From positions 10,602,001 to 10,666,000 of the forward strand of contig OZ024766.1 of NCBI GenBank assembly GCA_964016885.1: 64,000 nt of DNA, written 5' to 3'. The position numbers were made by a program, and so were the translations under genes. Positions 56,501 to 64,000 of this stretch are shown in pieces (position 1 is the first letter of the stretch; every line of letters begins with the position of its first letter). Under the pieces are notes generated by a model. It made no database searches, was not told the DNA's origin, and saw only the letters and a list, made by a program, of their open reading frames with translations. This stretch comes from Eledone cirrhosa (taxonomy: Eukaryota).

Positions 56501-59500
56501 CTGTAGGGAGCAAGCAAGGGTGGGAGGTTTTGGTGGTGTGGTGGGTTGACAGCGAGGACGTAGGGATGTGTAGGCTGACAAGGTGTGAGCTTCTATAGGG
56601 AGCAAGCAAGGGTGGGAGGTTTTGGTGGTGTGGTGGGTTGACAGCGAGGACGTAGGGTGGTGTAGGCTGACATGGTGTGAGCTTCTGTAGGGAGCAAGCA
56701 AGGGTGGGAGGTTTTGGTGGTGTGGTGGGTTGACAGCGAGGACGTAGGGTGGTGTAGGCTGACATGGTGTGAGCTTCTATAGGGAGCAAGCAAGGGTGGG
56801 AGGTTTTGGTGGTGTGGTGGGTTGACAGCGAGGACGTGGGGTGGTGTAGGCTGACATGGTGTGAGCTTCTGTAGGGAGCAAGCAAGGGTGGGAGGTTTTG
56901 GTGGTGTGGTGGGTTGACAGCGAGGACGTAGGGTGGTGTAGGCTGACATGGTGTGAGCTTCTGTAGGGAGCAAGCAAGGGCGGGAGGTTTTGGTGGTGTG
57001 GTGGGTTGACAGCGAGGATGTAGGGTGGTGTAGGCTGACATGGTGTGAGCTTCTGTAGGGAGCAAGCAAGGGTGGGAGGTTTTGGTGGTGTGGTGGGTTG
57101 ACAGCGAGGATGTAGGGTGGTGTAGGCTGACATGGTGTGAGCTTCTGTAGGGAGCAAGCAAGGGTGGGAGGTTTTGGTGGTGTGGTGGGTTGACAGCGAG
57201 GATGTAGGGTGGTGTAGGCTGACATGGTGTGAGCTTCTATAGGGAGCAAGCAAGGGTGGGAGGTTTTGGTGGTGTGGTGGGTTGACAGCGAGGATGTAGG
57301 GTGGTGTAGGCTGACATGGTGTGAGCTTCTGTAGGGAGCAAGCAAGGGTGGGAGGTTTTGGTGGTGTGGTGGGTTGACAGCGAGGACGTAGGGTGGTGTA
57401 GGCTGACATGGTGTGAGCTTCTGTAGGGAGCAAGCAAGGGTGGGAGGTTTTGGTGGGGTGGTGGGTTGACAGAGAGGATGTAGGGTGGTGTAGGCTGACA
57501 TGGTGTGAGCTTCTATAGGGAGCAAGCAAGGGTGGGAGGTTTTGGTGGTGTGGAGGGTTGACAGCGAGGATGTAGGGTGGTGTAGGCTGACATGGTGTGA
57601 GCTTCTATAGGGAGCAAGCAAGGGTGGGAGGTTTTGGTGGTGTGGTGGGTTGACAGAGGACGTGGGGTGGTGTAGGCTGACATGGTGTGAGCTTCTGTAG
57701 GGAGTAAGCAAGGGTGGGAGGTTTTGGTGGTGTGGTGGGTTGACAGCGAGGACGTAGGGTGGTGTAGGCTGACATGGTGTGAGCTTCTGTAGGGAGCAAG
57801 CAAGGGTGGGAGGTTTTGGTGGTGTGGTGGGTTGACAGCAAGGACGTACAGTGGTGTAGGCTGACATGGTGTGAGCTTCTGTAGGGAGCAAGCAAGGGTG
57901 GGAGGTTTTGGTGGTGTGGTGGGTTGACAGCAAGGACGTACAGTGGTGTAGGCTGACATGGTGTGAGCTTCTGTAGGGAGCAAGCAAGGGTGGGAGGTTT
58001 TGGTGGTGTGGTGGGTTGACAGCAAGGACGTACAGTGGTGTAGGCTGACATGGTGTGAGCTTCTGTAGGGAGCAAGCAAGGGTGGGAGGTTTTGGTGGTG
58101 TGGTGGGTTGACAGAGGACGTACGGTGGTGTAGGCTGACATGGTGTGAGACTCTGTAGGGAGCAAGCAAGGGTGGGAGGTTTTGGTGGTGTGGTGGGTTG
58201 ACAGCGAGGATGTAGGGTGGTGTAGGCTGATAAGGTGTGAGACTCTGTAGGGAGCAAGCAAGGGTGGGAGGTTTTGGTGGTGTGGTGGGTTGACAGCGAG
58301 GATGTAGGGTGGTGTAGGCTGACATGGTGTGAGCTTCTGTAGGGAGCAAGCAAGGGTGGGAGGTTTTGGTGGTGTGGTGGGTTGACAGCGAGGACGTGGG
58401 GTGGTGTAGGCTGACATGGTGTGAGCTTCTATAGGGAGCAAGCAAGGGTGGGAGGTTTTGGTGGTGTGGTGGGTTGACAGCGAGGACGTAGGGTGGTGTA
58501 GGCTGACATGGTGTGAGACTCTGTAGGGAGCAAGCAAGGGTGGGAGGTTTTGGTGGTGTGGTGGGTTGACAGAGGACGTAGGATGGTGTAGGCTGACATG
58601 GTGTGAGCTTCTGTAGGGAGCAAGCAAGGGTGGGAGGTTTTGGTGGTGTGGTGGGTTGACATAGGACGTAGGGTGCTGTAGGCTGACATGGTGTGAGCTT
58701 CTGTAGGGAGCAAGCAAGGGTGGGAGGTTTTGGTGGTGTGGTGGGTTGACAGCGAGGACGTAGGGTAGTGTAGGCTGACATGGTGTGAGCTTCTGTAGGG
58801 AGCAAGCAAGGGTGGGAGGTTTTGGTGGTGTGGTGGGTTGACAGCGAGGATGTAGGGTGGTGTAGGCTGACATGGTGTGAGCTTCTATAGGGAGCAAGCA
58901 AGGGTGGGAGGTTTTGGTGGTGTGGTGGGTTGACAGCGAGGACGTAGGGTGGTGTAGGCTGACATGGTGTGAGCTTCTATAGGGAGCAAGCAAGGGTGGG
59001 AGGTTTTGGTGGTGTGGTGGGTTGACAGCGAGGACGTAGGGTAGTGTAGGCTGACATGGTGTGAGCTTCTGTAGGGAGCAAGCAAGGGTGGGAGGTTTTG
59101 GTGGTGTGGTGGGTTGACAGCGAGGACGTAGGGTGGTGTAGGCTGACATGGTGTGAGTTTCTATAGGGAGCAAGCAAGGGTGGGAGGTTTTGGTGGTGTG
59201 GTGGGTTGACAGCGAGGACGTAGGGTGGTGTAGGCTGACATGGTGTGAGCTTCTGTAGGGAGCAAGCAAGGGTGGGAGGTTTTGGTGGTGTGGTGGGTTG
59301 ACAGCAAGGACGTACAGTGGTGTAGGCTGACATGGTGTGAGCTTCTGTAGGGAGCAAGCAAGGGTGGGAGGTTTTGGTGGTGTGGTGGGTTGACAGCAAG
59401 GACGTACAGTGGTGTAGGCTGACATGGTGTGAGCTTCTGTAGGGAGCAAGCAAGGGTGGGAGGTTTTGGTGGTGTGGTGGGTTGACAGCAAGGACGTACA

Positions 59501-62500
59501 GTGGTGTAGGCTGACATGGTGTGAGCTTCTGTAGGGAGCAAGCAAGGGTGGGAGGTTTTGGTGGTGTGGTGGGTTGACAGAGGACGTACGGTGGTGTAGG
59601 CTGACATGGTGTGAGACTCTGTAGGGAGCAAGCAAGGGTGGGAGGTTTTGGTGGTGTGGTGGGTTGACAGCGAGGATGTAGGGTGGTGTAGGCTGATAAG
59701 GTGTGAGACTCTGTAGGGAGCAAGCAAGGGTGGGAGGTTTTGGTGGTGTGGTGGGTTGACAGCGAGGATGTAGGGTGGTGTAGGCTGACATGGTGTGAGA
59801 CTCTGTAGGGAGCAAGCAAGGGTGGGAGGTTTTGGTGGTGTGGTGGGTTGACAGCGAGGACGTGGGGTGGTGTAGGCTGACATGGTGTGAGCTTCTATAG
59901 GGAGCAAGCAAGGGTGGGAGGTTTTGGTGGTGTGGTGGGTTGACAGCGAGGACGTAGGGTGGTGTAGGCTGACATGGTGTGAGACTCTGTAGGGAGCAAG
60001 CAAGGGTGGGAGGTTTTGGTGGTGTGGTGGGTTGACAGAGGACGTAGGATGGTGTAGGCTGACATGGTGTGAGCTTCTGCAGGGAGCAAGCAAGGGTGGG
60101 AGGTTTTGGTGGTGTGGTGGGTTGACAGAGGACGTGGGGTGGTGTAGGCTGACATGGTGTGAGCTTATGTAGGGAGCAAGCAAGGGTGGGAGGTTTTGGT
60201 GGTGTGGTGGGTTGACAGCGAGGACGTGGGGTGGTGTAGGCTGACATGGTGTGAGCTTCTGTAGGGAGCAAGCAAGGGTGGGAGGTTTTGGTGGTGTGGT
60301 GGGTTGACAGCGAGGAGGTAGGGTGGTGTAGGCTGACATGGTGTGAGCTTCTGTAGGGAGCAAGCAAGGGTGGGAGGTTTTGGTGGTGTGGTGGGTTGAC
60401 AGCGAGGAGGTAGGGTGGTGTAGGCTGACATGGTGTGAGCTTCTGTAGGGAGCAAGCAAGGGTGGGAGGTTTTGGTGGTGTGGTGGGTTGACAGCGAGGA
60501 CGTAGGGTGGTGTAGGCTGACATGGTGTGAGCTTCTGTAGGGAGCAAGCAAGGGTGGGAGGTTTTGGTGGTGTGGTGGGTTGACAGCGAGGAGGTAGGGT
60601 GGTGTAGGCTGACATGGTGTGAGCTTCTGTAGGGAGCAAGCAAGGGTGGGAGGTTTTGGTGGTGTGGTGGGTTGACAGCGAGGACGTAGGGTGGTGTAGG
60701 CTGACAAGGTGTGAGCTTCTATAGGGAGCAAGCAAGGGTGGGAGGTTTTGGTGGTGTGGTGGGTTGACAGCGAGGACGTAGGGTGGTGTAGGCTGACATG
60801 GTGTGAGCTTCTGTAGGGAGCAAGCAAGGGTGGGAGGTTTTGGTGGTGTGGTGGGTTGACAGCGAGGACGTAGGGTGGTGTAGGCTGACATGGTGTGAGC
60901 TTCTATAGGGAGCAAGCAAGGGTGGGAGGTTTTGGTGGTGTGGTGGGTTGACAGCGAGGACGTGGGGTGGTGTAGGCTGACATGGTGTGAGCTTCTGTAG
61001 GGAGCAAGCAAGGGTGGGAGGTTTTGGTGGTGTGGTGGGTTGACAGCGAGGACGTAGGGTGGTGTAGGCTGACATGGTGTGAGCTTCTGTAGGGAGCAAG
61101 CAAGGGCGGGAGGTTTTGGTGGTGTGGTGGGTTGACAGCGAGGATGTAGGGTGGTGTAGGCTGACATGGTGTGAGCTTCTGTAGGGAGCAAGCAAGGGTG
61201 GGAGGTTTTGGTGGTGTGGTGGGTTGACAGCGAGGATGTAGGGTGGTGTAGGCTGACATGGTGTGAGCTTCTGTAGGGAGCAAGCAAGGGTGGGAGGTTT
61301 TGGTGGTGTGGTGGGTTGACAGCGAGGATGTAGGGTGGTGTAGGCTGACATGGTGTGAGCTTCTATAGGGAGCAAGCAAGGGTGGGAGGTTTTGGTGGTG
61401 TGGTGGGTTGACAGCGAGGATGTAGGGTGGTGTAGGCTGACATGGTGTGAGCTTCTGTAGGGAGCAAGCAAGGGTGGGAGGTTTTGGTGGTGTGGTGGGT
61501 TGACAGCGAGGACGTAGGGTGGTGTAGGCTGACATGGTGTGAGCTTCTGTAGGGAGCAAGCAAGGGTGGGAGGTTTTGGTGGGGTGGTGGGTTGACAGAG
61601 AGGATGTAGGGTGGTGTAGGCTGACATGGTGTGAGCTTCTATAGGGAGCAAGCAAGGGTGGGAGGTTTTGGTGGTGTGGAGGGTTGACAGCGAGGATGTA
61701 GGGTGGTGTAGGCTGACATGGTGTGAGCTTCTATAGGGAGCAAGCAAGGGTGGGAGGTTTTGGTGGTGTGGTGGGTTGACAGAGGACGTGGGGTGGTGTA
61801 GGCTGACATGGTGTGAGCTTCTGTAGGGAGTAAGCAAGGGTGGGAGGTTTTGGTGGTGTGGTGGGTTGACAGCGAGGACGTAGGGTGGTGTAGGCTGACA
61901 TGGTGTGAGCTTCTGTAGGGAGCAAGCAAGGGTGGGAGGTTTTGGTGGTGTGGTGGGTTGACAGCGAGGACGTACGGTGGTGTAGGCTGACAAGGTGTGA
62001 GCTTCTATAGGGAGCAAGCAAGGGTGGGAGGTTTTGGTGGTGTGGTGGGTTGACAGCGAGGACGTAGGGTGGTGTAGGCTGACATGGTGTGAGCTTCTGT
62101 AGGGAGCAAGCAAGGGTGGGAGGTTTTGGTGGTGTGGTGGGTTGACAGAGGACGTACTGTGGTGTAGGCTGACATGGTGTGAGACTCTGTAGGGAGCAAG
62201 CAAGGGTGGGAGGTTTTGGTGGTGTGGTGGGTTGACAGCGAGGACGTAGGGTAGTGTAGGCTGACATGGTGTGAGCTTCTGTAGGGAGCAAGCAAGGGTG
62301 GGAGGTTTTGGTGGTGTGGTGGGTTGACAGCGAGGACGTAGGGTGGTGTAGGCTGACATGGTGTGAGCTTCTATAGGGAGCAAGCAAGGGTGGGAGGTTT
62401 TGGTGGTGTGGTGGGTTGACAGCGAGGACGTGGGGTGGTGTAGGCTGACATGGTGTGAGCTTCTGTAGGGAGCAAGCAAGGGTCGGAGGTTTTGGTGGTG

Positions 62501-64000
62501 TAGGCTGACATGGTGTGAGCTTCTGTAGGGAGCAAGCAAGGGTCGGAGGTTTTGGTGGTGTAGGCTGACATGGTGTGAGCTTCTGTAGGGAGCAAGCAAG
62601 GGTGGGAGGTTTTGGTGGTGTGGTGGGTTGACAGCGAGGACGTGGGGTGGTGTAGGCTGACATGGTGTGAGCTTCTGTAGGGAGCAAGCAAGGGTGGGAG
62701 GTTTTGGTGGTGTGGTGGGTTGACAGAGGACGTGGGGTGGTGTAGGCTGACAAGGTGTGAGCTTCTGTAGGGAGCAAGCAAGGGTGGGAGGTTTTGGTGG
62801 TGTGGTGGGTTGACAGAGGACGTAGGGTGATGTAGGCTGACATGGTGTGAGCTTCTGTAGGGAGCAAGCAAGGGTGGGAGGTTTTGGTGGTGTGGTGGGT
62901 TGACAGCGAGGACGTAGGGTGGTGTAGGCTGACATGGTGTGAGACTCTGTAGGGAGCAAGCAAGTGTGGGAGGTTTTGGTGGTGTGGTGGGTTGACAGCG
63001 AGGACGTAGGGTGGTGTAGGCTGACATGGTGTGAGACTCTGTAGGGAGCAAGCAAGGGTGGGAGGTTTTGGTGGTGTGGTGGGTTGACAGCGAGGACGTA
63101 GGTTGGTGTAGGCTGACATGGTGTGAGACTCTGTAGGGAGCAAGCAAGGGTGGGAGGTTTTGGTGGTGTGGTGGGTTGACAGAGGACGTGGGGTGGTGTA
63201 GGCTGACAAGGTGTGAGACTCTGTAGGGAGCAAGCAAGGGTGGGAGGTTTTGGTGGTGTGGTGGGTTGACAGCGAGGACGTGGGGTGGTGTAGGCTGACA
63301 AGGTGTGAGACTCTGTAGGGAGCAAGCAAGGGTGGGAGGTTTTGGTGGTGTGGTGGGTTGACAGCGAGGACGTGGGGTGGTGTAGGCTGACATGGTGTGA
63401 GCTTCTGTAGGGAGCAAGCAAGGGTGGGAGGTTTTGGTGGTGTGGTGGGTTGACAGCGAGGAGGTAGGGTGGTGTAGGCTGACATGGTGTGAGCTTCTGT
63501 AGGGAGCAAGCAAGGGTGGGAGGTTTTGGTGGTGTGGTGGGTTGACAGCGAGGAGGTAGGGTGGTGTAGGCTGACATGGTGTGAGCTTCTGTAGGGAGCA
63601 AGCAAGGGTGGGAGGTTTTGGTGGTGTGGTGGGTTGACAGCGAGGACGTAGGGTGGTGTAGGCTGACATGGTGTGAGCTTCTGTTGGGAGCAAGCAAGGG
63701 TGGGAGGTTTTGGTGGTGTGGTGGGTTGACAGCGAGGAGGTAGGGTGGTGTAGGCTGACATGGTGTGAGCTTCTGTAGGGAGCAAGCAAGGGTGGGAGGT
63801 TTTGGTGGTGTGGTGGGTTGACAGCGAGGACGTAGGGTGGTGTAGGCTGACAAGGTGTGAGCTTCTATAGGGAGCAAGCAAGGGTGGGAGGTTTTGGTGG
63901 TGTGGTGGGTTGACAGCGAGGACGTAGGGTGGTGTAGGCTGACATGGTGTGAGCTTCTGTAGGGAGCAAGCAAGGGTGGGAGGTTTTGGTGGTGTGGTGG
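47531..64000. repeat. G-rich 92-bp satellite, about 180 monomers, running off the window end
   Basis: Unit GGGAGGTTTTGGTGGTGTGGTGGGTTGACAGCGAGGACGTAGGGTGGTGTAGGCTGACATGGTGTGAGCTTCTGTAGGGAGCAAGCAAGGGT. Confidence 0.98.

Noticed and set aside
47501-63973. Long minus-strand ORFs of 300-1084 aa, P/H/T-rich
   Set aside because: Translations of the 92-bp satellite cycling through three frames; the unit is not a multiple of 3 and there is no domain or splice evidence.

Overview
AT-rich, microsatellite-saturated animal genomic DNA; the SINE/LINE content resembles Octopus (coleoid cephalopod), which is an inference. The only host coding sequence found is four internal exons, on the minus strand, of an acatalytic alpha-carbonic-anhydrase-related protein (CA10/CA11-like CARP). 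Its first and last exons were not found in the window. Nearly all long ORFs in the track are repeat artefacts. The introns hold at least five sequence-unrelated families of short, often fold-back elements inserted in (TA)n. Four families carry type I hammerhead ribozyme motifs and one carries only 3' halves. About 15 intact or near-intact motifs are present, most likely Penelope-like pLTR remnants or non-autonomous derivatives, and the families share a GAGYRCY motif downstream of the cleavage site. Also present: Tx1/L1-like 3' ends in (GATA)n, CR1 and RTE 3' ends and SINEs that have seeded tandem arrays, a non-autonomous Helitron, and a >16 kb G-rich 92-bp satellite with 19-mer and 45-mer higher-order repeats.
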